A stretch of 63,110 nucleotides of DNA, from the NCBI RefSeq assembly GCF_001194135.2, contig NC_068993.1, forward strand, positions 54,228,346 to 54,291,455. Direction: 5' to 3'. Both the position numbers and the translations under genes were made by a program. Position 1 is the first letter of the stretch; every line of letters starts with the position of its first letter. The notes under the pieces are model-generated. The model did not search any database. It was not told the origin of the DNA and saw only the letters and a program-made list of their open reading frames with translations. This DNA is from Octopus bimaculoides (taxonomy: Eukaryota). Below, in pieces: positions 47,967-60,100 of this stretch.

Positions 47967-49213
47967 TAAAAATTTTGCTTTCATTTATAATTGCATTTTT
48001 ACTTTCATCGTCAATAATTAAGACAGTATTTTTCAATTGTCACACTATGAAACAACTACAATACTTAATGCTTCACTAATCATTTTGTAAACTAATAACT
48101 CTTTCAATTTATCCATTGGTATCTGATTTCAGCATTAATGACATCACACCCTCCATTAAAAAGACCACAAAAAGCTGTCCATCGGTTGCACATGGTCAGG
48201 TACATAAAAACATTGTGTTTTGTTAAGATTGTGGAGCTTTCACTAGGAAGAAACATGTCGACCGTTTCATGTGGGCCTGTAATATCCGAGTGTTGTCCGT
48301 ACCTAAATGCCTTTCGATAGTTGTGCTGTTACTGATATAAAAGTGGTAAATATGATCTATTTAGGGGATCTTGTAAAAATACTTCAGTCAGGTTGTTGAG
48401 ATTGTCGTATTGTTGGCGATGCGATTTTGTAACTGAAAGAATTACTGTCCCGGAAGTTCGTGGAAAACATTTTATTTTCGTTGAATCCAATGCAACTGGC
48501 TAGAGTCGGGCAGTTCTTTGAAATTGATGAATCTACTTTCGCTAAACGAAAATATATTGGACACGTGTTAAGAACATGGTGAGTGTTTGGTGGTGCCAGG
48601 GCGGTGCTTTCTGATCGAAGTGGATTCCAGACATCGCCAGAGATTGCGAGACTTGTACAGCAACATTATGTCCTGCCAGGGATGAGAGTTATACTCGATC
48701 TTTGGGTAGTGTCTGCTCAGCCGTTAGAATATCAACAAACACTTCAATGTCAACTAAACATTAATTTCGTCGATCCTGACACTCCCGCCGAATGCACAAT
48801 CACACAGAAAGGCAGCCTGGAATTCTGCAAAAGAGATGCAACAAGAAGCAGGCAAGGACAGCAAAAAATTCTACTAGATTCGTACCTGGTGGAGTTTCAC
48901 GAAGATCTCTTTGACGAATGGCTATTACAAAATATTCAAATATTCCTGTTCTTTATCTATGTAATTAATATAGAAATACATTTATAAAGCAGCGGATTGA
49001 AATTCCTTGATCTTTTTTTTCTTTTCTTTTTTTTTTTTCATAAAATACGTTTAATTTTGTTTCAAAAGAAAATTTGCAGATTCTGATTCTCCAATATTCA
49101 AAACTTAATTCCAAAGACCTCACGAAAAAAAAAAAAAAAGCATAAGAGAAAAGTTGAAGTGGGGGTAAAAAAAATCCCCGCTTAAATGAATAAATGCCGG
49201 AGTAGCAGTGTTC
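47720..49213 (+). mobile_element. Merlin (IS1595/ISXO2-like) DNA transposon fossil
   Basis: 48508 onward reads GQFFEIDESTFAKRKY..TW*VFGG..VLPGMRVILDLW..INFVDPDT, with stops and frameshifts. A 14-bp subterminal inverted repeat sits at 47801-47814 and 49073-49086. Termini are uncertain. Confidence 0.75.
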
Positions 49214-49859
49214 CACGGAGAGATATGCTGAGTTCAGCTTCCTACATCTTCTGATGATGATAGTTGGCAGTGATCAGAAATACTGAAGTCTTGAATGAAG
49301 AAGAAGTCACATTTTGCACCTCACATCACAGTCACAGAGAAAATTTATAAACTCAACACTGGCATTGCCACAGAAAGAAGAAAAAAAAACACCACCTCTG
49401 CTGATGCAGACTACCATATTTCATAACTAATAACTTGGTCAATCCATCGAAATAACCTTTCGTTGAAACTTATAAAATATCGTTAATATCTAATAAGAGA
49501 CAATATTAAAAATTGTTTCTTCTTATTAAAAATCTTTCCAATAAACAAAAAAAGAAAGAAAGAATAATGAAACGACAGATTCAGTTACATATACCAGAGT
49601 ACAAACACATTATGTCTTGGTAAATTTAGTACTAAAATACGTTCTTGGTCATTAATATAACACGACCTGAATATGGTCTCGCTTATGCATTGTCTTCTTT
49701 ATTCTTTCTTCGCCTTCATGCAAGTAGTAATATATATTTCCCTTTATCCAGTAAATTCCTCTCCTTGCCCACTCAGTCAGGGGTTTCTTATTACATACAA
49801 ATATCAGAGTCAGAAGCTCCTTCTTTTTTTTTATTAATTTATATAATTGTTTTCTTTAG

Positions 49860-50040
49860 CCGCAAATCGCAAAAAGGATTCATTGCGATGCTTCCGTTTA
49901 TTGTCTCCTCTAAATCGCATTCACCGAACTACGAGCAATAATAATCTCCTTTGTGTATAATAGTGATAATAATAATAATCTAGTTCACCAAAGAAAACAG
50001 CGATTAAAAAAAAAACAACAAAATATGGCGCGGTGAGAAT
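49860..50040 (-). promoter_or_regulatory. Second candidate promoter or first exon
   Basis: Same AAATATGGCG 10-mer (50021-50030) as at 52126, with local CpG enrichment. Confidence 0.35.
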
Positions 50041-52076
50041 TTTTCTTTTTCTTTTTTAATAGAACAAAGATTTGGTGATCAATTAACTGAACCGATAAAA
50101 AAGGAGGAAGTTATAAAGTTTTTGGTAGTCAATCTAATTAAATAGACTCAATGTTATTTACTAATCACTATATGATTACTGTTGTGTTTTGATGAGCTAA
50201 AAGTTCTGTAAAATCTATAATTCTCGGCATGGCTGTCTCATGGCTTCTGGGCAAGGAAGAGAGAGTTTGTCTTACGAAGGCTGTAGAATGGTGGTGGACT
50301 GGCTGTAAAATGTCTAGGCTGATTGATTGACCCACTAAAACAAATCTTAATATCTTTAGACTATCGTAATCTTTGTGTTTGTAAGTTCAGAAAAGGCATT
50401 TTACCACCAATTAAAGAGAAATAAGCAATGGATAATGTTTCGTGAAAATAATAAGGGATTATTAAAGTTGAAGATTCGTCAGGGACGAACTTGTACTTGA
50501 TGGTAAAGGAGAGAGAGAATGATGACTGTAAACATTTGAAAATGGTGACAATGATCATCAGTTTAATTTGCAAATAATTGATATCTTAAGTTTTTGTCAA
50601 AGAGATTGCGAAGACGAAATATTGATATTGTGATGAACAACAAAGAGGCAGAAGTAAAGAAAATGGTAATTTTCTCGTCTCCTTTTGTCCGAATATACAA
50701 GAGATACCTTAAGAATATCCAAGTAATAGGGAAGATAGAAGAATGAATTTGACTATTTAGGGAGAGCAGGATTTATAGAAATACTGAAAAGTTGGTTAAC
50801 AAGGGATTAAATTTAAACAGGAAATCTAAATTAGAGATGTATTTATATTATACAGGATCGGGGGAAAATACAGGTAAGGTCACTAATGCATGTTGTAACA
50901 CAAAAAAACAAACAGCAAAAACTCCATCAGACCCAGCAGTAATGCTTTTCTATGGTTCGCTAAATAAACAATTGATATATAATAATGTATAATTAGCACC
51001 AGGCAGACAACGTGGTCAGTAAATAAACACTTTTAACAACATTTCTGAAAAGATCAATTGTGAAAACTTTTCTGAATATTCTATCTACTTCATCCCTGTC
51101 TCCTCACTAAGTCTCCATCACTGAATGGTTTTAGAATCTGTGGAACAGAAAGCTGAATCCCTATCACTTTTAACATCCTAAATTAGACGGAAAGCAGCAA
51201 AATTCATTCATAAGTCAGTGTGGAGTGAGGCTGATGTGGCTAGAGTGTAGAAGATATATATGTAGCAGGAATAAAGCCGACGATTACAATGAATGAATGC
51301 TACATGCAGAGGTAGTAGTTATACGGCATGAGAACATACAAACATGATTACCACTGTATTTGGTATCTTTATGTGTCTGTGTGAAGGTTTTTTCGTTCCA
51401 GCCAATTTGCATTGTATAGATTGTGTGTATGTGTATGTATATGTATCTCCCTCTCTCTCTCTCTCTAGATATATATATATATTGAAAGAGAGGGGAGGGG
51501 ATACGTATGTATAACGCAAAGAAATCAAAAGTGCAAGGAAAATGAAATAGCAAGCAATTAAGCAATAGAGCAAGTTGCTGAGAAAAGGCAGCCAGTTGGC
51601 ATGAGAGGGGGGTAGAGAGACCGGGGAGAAAGAGAGACAGAGACATCGTCAAAAGTGGACCAACTCCAATTGCCAAAAAAATTCATCACTATTTCTCTTT
51701 CTGTATTTTTTTTTTTTTTTGTCTCCATAAAATATCCAACACAGAAAAACAACGATCGAATACATCAAACAATACAATACTATACCTGATTTCTGTTTGG
51801 GTTTAGATTTCCTCTCTATTTGTTGTTGTTTGCTTCGTGTTACTAAACCGAATTCCTGTTGTTTCTTGTCTGTTCAAGCCAACAAACACTCACACACACA
51901 GACACACACACAACTCGTGCACTGCGATGTGTGTGTGTGTGTATATATATGTATAAATGTCGGCGTAAGCTGTTCGATAAATGATTCAGTATTTGTGCCT
52001 AAGCACAAGCGCTCTCTCGCATATCATTGTTGTTCCTACCACAATAGTGTACATAGATCTTCTAACTGTTTCCTAC

Positions 52077-52140
52077 CTCACGACTTCGGCCTTTCCCCTT
52101 TTTTCTCCACACCGTTTATGATGTGAAATATGGCGTCTTC
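52077..52140 (-). other. Candidate non-coding first exon of ATRX
   Basis: Starts at the YY1-like motif and ends at donor GAG|gtagga. The start site is inferred. Confidence 0.4.
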
Positions 52141-52240
52141 AACTTTGAAGGTTGTGCGATCACGTGACAGCGACCACTTCCGGGTCTCATTAGCATAATT
52201 TATGTATGACGTAAGCTCATTTGCATAAATTTACATATTA
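52120..52240. promoter_or_regulatory. Candidate distal ATRX promoter
   Basis: YY1-like CGCCATATT (52127-52135, minus), E-box TCACGTGAC (52160), ETS CACTTCCGG (52175), octamer-like ATTAGCAT and ATTTGCAT, CRE-like TGACGTAA. Locally CpG-rich. Confidence 0.7.
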
Positions 52241-54737
52241 GCCCCATAAAAAAATTAAATTACTTTATTTTGTAAGTATCGAATGTATATACCCCCTAAC
52301 TACACTAAGTCACCAAAAGTTAGTAGGAACTTGTGTTGACCCATACACCGGTTGTAAGCATTTGGGTATCTTCAGAGCGTTTTGAGAATTCAGATTATAT
52401 TAACTTTTTCTTTCACCATTCATTCAAAGAAAATACATTCTAAACTAATTATGCATCTAGCAAAGATTTCTTTATCCCCATTTTACTTTCTTTGTAAAGT
52501 TTTAACAAAGTTACGTCTCTTACTAAAAGCTGAACAACTCGAGTTACGAGTTCCCGCGTTTCTACTGATATTATAGTTTCTCTTCGTAAACTGTTCACAA
52601 AAGTTAATTCTCGGCTTAATATTTCATCAATTTATTTATGCACTCACTATGATTGACAAAAACTCTGTACACTGTTCTGTGAGTGTGTAAGAATATATAT
52701 GTGTGTGTGTGTGTGTACACACACAGAAGCTCACAAGGCAGTGTACGAAATTTTCGTTCATACATACAAATATGAATGTATATAGTTTTGAGGTATTCTG
52801 TTTGCTCAGTAAAATGTTTTCTGTTTGTGCTCAATGTTTTTTGGGGTCTTTTGCGACCTGTCAAAGCTACTTATTAAGTAAAATATGAAGTTTTCGCCGT
52901 TTATATTTCAGTATGGAAAAAGCGCGCGTTACAATGTTTCTAACCGGTTCTCAGTAAAAACAACTTCCTATTTAAATCACGTTAACTCTCTCAATTCGTA
53001 TTTATGTGTAAACAAATAAAACATCGTTCATTTTAAGGAAACGTTTTGTTTTACACATAATTTCTTTAAATTAAGTAATGTTTGATTAGTTCATCTTCAT
53101 TTTTAAGAAGTATATTTTACTAATTAAACTTAACTAAAATATACCTAAAATACCAAACGTCGCATAGAGACAGAAGAAACTTCCTCTCTTCATTGAGTTT
53201 TGTCATATTTAAAACTTTTAAGCTTTTTTTTGTTTACCCATCTGTTGCAGCCAGATGAAATTTGCTTGTCCAAATTCTCCACCGCTGATAGTTGGCGGGT
53301 GAAATTTTCGTCGGTCCGGCATTCTAATTACGACCGTTCTACCTTCTTTTTTAGCATATTAATTCAACCAATTTTAAGACTGTAAGTTAAATTAAGTTAG
53401 AGAATTGGCTGCTATTTCTAGCATCCACGGCTACCGAACAAGGAATCCTTCGTTGGCTTGCACAAATTCTACCTTAGATTGATAGAATTCAATCTGTTTT
53501 TACCTAGAAATCCATATCTATCATCCTTATTTCAAAAGTAATGTCTTACTACCACATATAGTTTATAGCAGACATGGGTAACCGTTTTTGAGAAACAGGG
53601 CGCACTATTAAAAAATTCGAAGTAATTTTACGTTAGACGTGCTGTTCTCTTGGGAGGTTGACCATAATTGGTTCAAGTGACATTTTTTACCCTCTTAGTT
53701 TCATCAACAAGACCACATATAAACCCTAGGATTGGAGGAGACAAGCCTGTGTCAACAAAAACCATCTGTCAATTATGTTCCAAATATTTCTCTTAATCCA
53801 CTCCATTGTTACTCATTATCCGTTTTATTTATTTACTGAACCTCAAGCGGGATGGTGATACTAATTTAATACACTTTACTGCTCTATGAGTGGGTACCAG
53901 GTACCCGGTAATTCGCCTGTAAAATGTCCTGCCCTAGTTGGAGCAAATATTGCACTTGAATACCTTAAAGATGAACAGGCCTAGAGAAGACTTATTTCAG
54001 GTGCACGACTGAAACTGTAAGATACACTTGTGATGTTAATTTTTTATTAGAAAAGACATTGACATCGAACTAAAGGCACGACGTCCAAGGTTGTAGAGAA
54101 AATATACAATCAAGAAATTTGGAAAAAACCAACATCGAACCATTGACTCAAAATGTAAGGAGATAAAAATATGAAGCTTTGAGTCCAGTATTCACAATTT
54201 ACATTTCTCATAAAATGGATCCCTGTCGGTTTCTACAATGAATATTTGGTTGTTCGATTAACTGAACTACCCGTTCATTGAATAGACTTGGAAGTGACTG
54301 ATTATTCCGGAAACACGTCTTGCCTTCAGCATAATTCCCAGTTGCAAACAGCGTTACACCATACAAATACACAGGACCAACTCTACAGTTCCTGGTGTCG
54401 CAGGCAAACTGAAATTCGGTGTTTAACAATTTTTTTTAATACTTTTAATTTCACGAAGGATAAAAGAAAAAAGCTACATATGACGGAGCAATAAAGTCAA
54501 AATTGTCTTCGTAGCCTTATAGGGCCCCGAGAAACTCAATGCACTAGGTTTTAGAGGGTAACACTCTGTTACCCAATTACTATCACGAAGCTTGAATTGA
54601 CCCCCATGGAAAAATATTTGCCCTAGCTACCACGAAGAGAAATCGATCCTGTATTTCGCGATTCGAAGCACAATCTTCCAGCTAGATTGGAAGTTAATGG
54701 AATTAGTGGAAGAATATTGCATAATTACTCACTGAAA

Positions 54738-55170
54738 AGACGGCGAGCTGGCAGAAACGTTAGCACGCCAGGCGAAATGTTTAGCAGTATTTCGTCTGCC
54801 GCTACGTTCTGAGTTCAAATCCCGCCGAGGTCGACTTTGCCTTTCATCCTTTCGGGGTCGATAAATTAAGTACCAGTTACGCACGGGGGTCGATGTAATC
54901 GACTTAATCCCTCTGTCTGTCCTTGTTTGTCTCCTCTATGTTTAGCCCCTTATGGGCAATAAAGAAATAAGAAACGTTAGCACGCCAGGCGAAATACTTA
55001 GCGGTATTTCGTCTGTCCTTACGTTCTGAGTTCAAATTCTGCTGAGATCGACTTTGCCTTTCATTCTTTCAGGGGCGATAAATTAAGTATCAGTTGCGCA
55101 CTGGGGTCGATCTAATCGACTGGCCCCCTCCCCGAAAATTTCGAGCCTTGTGCCTAGTGTAGAAAAGAAT
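54738..55170 (+). mobile_element. Two tandem copies of tRNA-derived SINE family A
   Basis: GGCGAGCTGGCAGAAACGTTAGCACGCC..GTTCTGAGTTCAAAT..CTTTCATCCTTTC..GTCGAT repeated (second copy from about 54969). Confidence 0.88.
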
Positions 55171-55995
55171 AACGAAAACTATCATCCTAAAATGGACAAA
55201 CATTATTCCACCTTTAAATACTGGATTGTTAAATTGCTTTTAATAAAATGTATGAGTTTTCTAGAATTCAGTAACCGAAGGAACTAATTTCAGTGAAAAA
55301 TGATTCGCTTTAATTCCAAATCATGATTTGCTTATTGGATATGAAAGAAACATCATTTAGATCAACATCTTGAATTCTACCATCTTATTCACAATGGGAA
55401 TGAACCAATTCACTTTAGCATATAGTTAGCATAATGTTCGTGTTGATATTAATGGAAATGGAACTAGATAAAGGTGTTATCGCCTGCACCATTTTATTTA
55501 AAAAGCAAACTTAATTTTATCCAAGTACACAAATGTTGGATCTGTATGCAAGAGTCTAAATAAGATGTAGATAAACGGAAAACTTTGTCGCCTTAAGTCT
55601 TTTCTTATCTATCATTTAATTTATTTCATTAACATTTTGATAAATTGTAGCTTACTCTATGCAATCGTTAATTAAAAGAGCTAGCAAAATACCCAGACAA
55701 AATATTTTTCACACTGCTTCAACTTACTATGAATATTTCAATCATTCTTTTTTACTGGAATCGGCAAAAATATACCTGCTTCGAATTAACGAATATTTTA
55801 ATATTCAAATAACAAAAATGAATTCTCGTATACAGTACTATGAATTATTTAGGTATACACCAAACTCAAAGTTTTTGGCTGATGTGCTCTTTAGATGTTA
55901 TAGTGTGTGTGTTTGGCGATGCAATCAGGAAAAATAGCTTGATAAGTGCTAATATACGGAACTCTCAGCACTTGAGTCACTCTGTTGCTTCTGCT

Positions 55996-56040
<45 letters not shown>

Positions 56041-57382
56041 TAGAAAGGCAAATAAGCACGAGCAGGTTTAATCGCATGTATTTATATGGAATACAAAATA
56101 CAGAGTACGGAAAAAAATAAATAAACGAAAGGAGTTATGTAATTATCTTATCTTGACAAAGAAAATACGAGAAAAAATTTTCAGCGATTGTATTTAACTC
56201 CATGGCGCCAGTGCAAACCATCAGTTCGTAAACAAGCGCAGAATGAATATAATAATAGCTTTTGAGTAGAAGATCATAAATTTGGGGTATGATGTAGTCA
56301 TTTCAATCCTATGAATTGTAAATTTAACCTGGATGGGATTACAACTGAAAAAATAAAGGATATAGAATACAAGAAGATGCCACTCCAAGGCATTTTGTCT
56401 GGCACTTTACTATTTCTGTCACTCCAAAATGATTCATTATTAATTGGTAGAAAGCAAAAAAAGAAACAGTTAAGCATTATTAAGAAAAAATTCCTTTGAC
56501 CCCATTATTGTCTCTTTCATTACTTTCTAGCTAAAATCTTAAGCAGACAATAAATGAAAATAAGCATGCGATTGCAGAAATAAAGAATTACGCATCAATA
56601 ACTAATGTGAACAAAGCAATTTTATTGTTTTCGAATTCCTAATACAATTTCTTCAACGGTCTTCCCACCTGTAAAGAACTCCGTATGTGATGTGTAGCAA
56701 TGTTCTACAGTTAGCAGCGAGCACACAAAAAAGGCACTGTGACACATACTAAACAATTTTAAACTCATTTCTTTTATATTATGCGAAATATTTCATTAGT
56801 TATAATATACGTAATTGTATTCTACGTTCATTAATTCCATGTTTCAGTAATATTGTCATGTGTGAAACTTACAACTACTGACATAGGTGTGACGTGAAAA
56901 AGATGAAACTCCAAGGGATCGTCCAAGCAGCCTCCAACACGTGACAGGAGATTGAGAAGACGGTTAAAAAACACATGGGGTTAGTCAAATAAAGCAATGA
57001 CCCCAGAAAGTTCTTCCAAAGCCGTGCAACTGAAAACAAAAAAAGAGATTCGACTTTTATCGCAAAAGTGAACTAAAGATTTTTTTTTTAATTGTTGAAA
57101 AGGCGCCAATTTTGAAAAATGTGCTCCAGGAGGGCGGTGGTCACTCACTGTCCTTATTCCTCTATTAGCTAGGTCACTGCTCTTTATGCCATCCTCATCC
57201 AAACTTAGATGTCCTCTGACTCTATTCGACCACTGACATATTGGTTTCGGTTTTGACTTGACTGATTTTGTATATTGGTTTCAAATTTTGGCACAAGATC
57301 AGAAAGTTCGGGAGGGGAGGCAAGTCGATTACAGCGACCCCAGTGAAAACGGACGAAATGCTAACGATTCTGCTAGCTCGCC

Positions 57383-58360
57383 TCGAGTGCCGCCAAGCTC
57401 TCACCGCCTTCAGCTAGGCGGGCAATGCGATCGGTAGTAGTTCCATTCTCGCGTTCTATAGAGAGTGAGTGGAGGAAAAGTACGACGACGTTCTCGGGGA
57501 AACTCTAGGCGTCGACGATAATCAGCTAAACAGTCTGTTCGGAAGAACTTTCGGGCCGGGGCCCATGGATAACTTCCAAAGGTCCCTCGCCTGGCAGTGC
57601 TACCGAGGGGCGCTGCCTGTTCGAGATAAACTCTACCGGCACGGAAGTGTCGTCAGCCGGGCCTACCCGAGGTGCGCTCAGGACGACGAAACCGTTCTGC
57701 ACGCACTCGTCCAGTGCCCGAGTATTGCTGACCTGCGGGTTTATGTCGAACGTCTACTGTCACGTGTAGAACGGATCCGGCTATCAGCTGAATCCATAGT
57801 AAAGATTGACTCGCCGACCTTCTTTAACCGGGAGGGCAAGGCAATTTTCCTTTGTCTAGTAGCTGTAACGAAAGAGGTGGTATGGTGGACCCGTTTGAAA
57901 GGACTAAAGTCAGACACTTTCCTCTTTGGCTAAGGCCTCATCAACTTTTTCAAGTTCCATTTGAAAAGGAAGGTGAGAGTAGAGAGGGAAGTGCTGTCTC
58001 GTAGTAAATCTGTTGAAAGGTGGGTGACTGTTGGAAAAATGGCAAGTATGAACGGACCAATTCTGAGGTTACACCTATAAAAAAAAGGTAATATAGAAGG
58101 AGAAGGGGATCTCTACCCCTCCTGACCAGGCTCCCGTGGCTTTTATGGGTTTTTCCACGTGTAACCTTTCAAAGGGCCTCCCCCTATTGGGAGTTTTTAT
58201 TTGTTATATTTTCGCCGTTATTATTGTTTACACGAACGTTTTCTTTTTGGACAAAACTCTTTGTACCCTTCGTCTTGTCTTTGTCCTTACATGTTTTTGT
58301 TTTATATTAGCCCTTAATAAAACAAGAATTAATTAATTAATTATTATTATTATTATTATT
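57383..58360 (+). mobile_element. 5'-truncated Tx1/L1-clade LINE (ORF2 C-terminus, 3'UTR, tail)
   Basis: zf-RVT-like LAWQCYRGALPVRDKL..YPRCAQDDETVLHALVQC, followed by AATAAA and an (ATT)n tail. Confidence 0.8.
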
Positions 58361-58775
58361 ACTGCATTATTTATTTCAGGTGTTGACTTAACGCTTGCTC
58401 TAAAATTGCTAGCCTTGTGCTAAAATTTGAAACCATCATCACTGCATTATTTTATTAGAAAAACTGAAAGAGTTCTGTTTTCTCTTGGTATGTACAAAAA
58501 TTACATTTTCTAACCTGTGGCTTTTGAGATGTTCAAGGAAGATGGACCGCTTACAAGGAAGGTTGTTTTTTAACTTCGTTAGCGCACCATTTCACTGAAG
58601 TATTAGTTGATACTCGGAAAGTTCCTCGGTAATTACAGTGCCTCAGCCTCACAATCATCCACGATAATGATGGTGTGGTCTCAACAATTTTTAGAGGGTA
58701 ACACCAGTGTCCTCTGGCATGATCTATAAATAAAGGAGTGTACACGCCTTTTTATTTTAGTTATTTACTGGTTAA

Positions 58776-59143
58776 GTGGAGGCGCAATGACCCAGTGGTT
58801 AGGGCAGCGGACTCGCGGTTTCGATTCCCAGGCTGGGCGTTGTGAGTGTTTATTGAGCGAAAACACCTAAAGCTCCACGAGGCTCCGGCAGGGGATGGTG
58901 GCGAACCCTGCTGTACTCTTTCACCACAACTTTCTCTCACTCTTACTTCCTGTTTCTGTTGTGCCTGTATTTCAAAGGGCCAGCCTTGTCACACTGTGTC
59001 ACGCTGAATATCCCCGAGAACTACGTTAAGGGTACACGTGTCTGTGGAGTGCTCAGCCACTTGCACGCTAATTTCATGTGCAGGCTGTTCTGTTGATCAG
59101 ATCGACAGGAACCCTCGACGTCGTAAGCGACGGAGTGCCAACA
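58776..59143 (+). mobile_element. Full-length tRNA-derived SINE, family C
   Basis: tRNA-like head (GGAGGCGCAATGACCCAGTGG..GTTTCGATTCC) and perfect 13-bp TSD ATTTACTGGTTAA (58763-58775, 59144-59156). Confidence 0.88.
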
Positions 59144-59742
59144 ATTTACTGGTTAATTTCGTTGCTTCCTCACCCCATCTTCTTACTGTAAATTGTGAAT
59201 CGGAGTGGCTACTCCAGCTCATCTCCCTTGCCATCCTCCGATTCAACACCTTTTCTAATTTGTCGGTTCAAGCCATGAGGGGGACTGACAAGCCTTTTTA
59301 GAGATATCTTTGCTGCGAGTGGGGAGGAAAGATGATTTAGGCAGAGTCCTTTATCAACTTTAGAAAACTATTTCGTTAAGCATTATGAGACAAATGCAAA
59401 AAAAATAAACACGACTCGTGTCAAATGATTTAGAAAGTATAAACTTGCATCCCATAGCTATAAATATTTTGTGAAATCTGAAAGGAAATAATTGTAATCT
59501 GTTGCCGTTAATCTCCTACACTCCTTTAAATAACTCACACAGATAGTTTGCTTTATCGTAGTTGTTTTCAACATTTTCTTTGCACGACTCCAAATGAAAA
59601 CGCGTCAGACGCTGGCCATCTTAATATACTCTATACCATACAGCACAAAACAAGACAAGTTAACAACAATGTTCTTGGGAATAACACTGTTCTTTACAGA
59701 ATATTCCACAAAATCATATTCCGATATGAAAATAACCAGAAA

Positions 59743-59930
59743 GCTGCGAGCTGGCAGTCATTAGTACGCTGGCATTTCATCCATTTTGACGTTCTGAGTT
59801 TAAATTCCGCCGAGGTCGACTTTGCCTTTCATCCTTTCGCGGTCGATAAAAATATCAGCTACGTCCTGTATCAATGCAATCGACCAGTTCGTTTCCCCAA
59901 CAAATTCCAGGCTTTGTGCCTGTATTAGAA
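59743..59930 (+). mobile_element. SINE family A copy
   Basis: Same core as 54738. Confidence 0.8.
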
Positions 59931-59943
59931 AAGATATGAAAAC

Positions 59944-60100
59944 AGAGGTGTGGCTGGTTAAGAAGTTCGCTTCGCAGCCACATGGTTGAGGCCCAATCCC
60001 ACTGCGCGGCCCCCTAGACAAGTGTCTTCTACTAAAGCTCTGAGGCGATCAGGGCTTGGTGGATGAACTTGGTAGGCGGAAACTCTATTGAAGCACACGT
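59944..60100 (+). mobile_element. SINE family B 5' fragment
   Basis: GGTGTGGCTGGTTAAGAAG..GCCCAATCCCACTGCGCGGC. Confidence 0.65.

Noticed and set aside
54330-54400. Plus-strand FPVANSVTPYKYTGPTL resembling a Pif1/Helitron helicase motif
   Set aside because: Needs gaps, is preceded by a stop, and no other helicase motifs are nearby.
54549-58704. Identical 16-mer TTTTAGAGGGTAACAC at 54549 and 58689
   Set aside because: The flanks do not extend the match, and about one such match is plausible by chance in 63 kb of AT-rich DNA.
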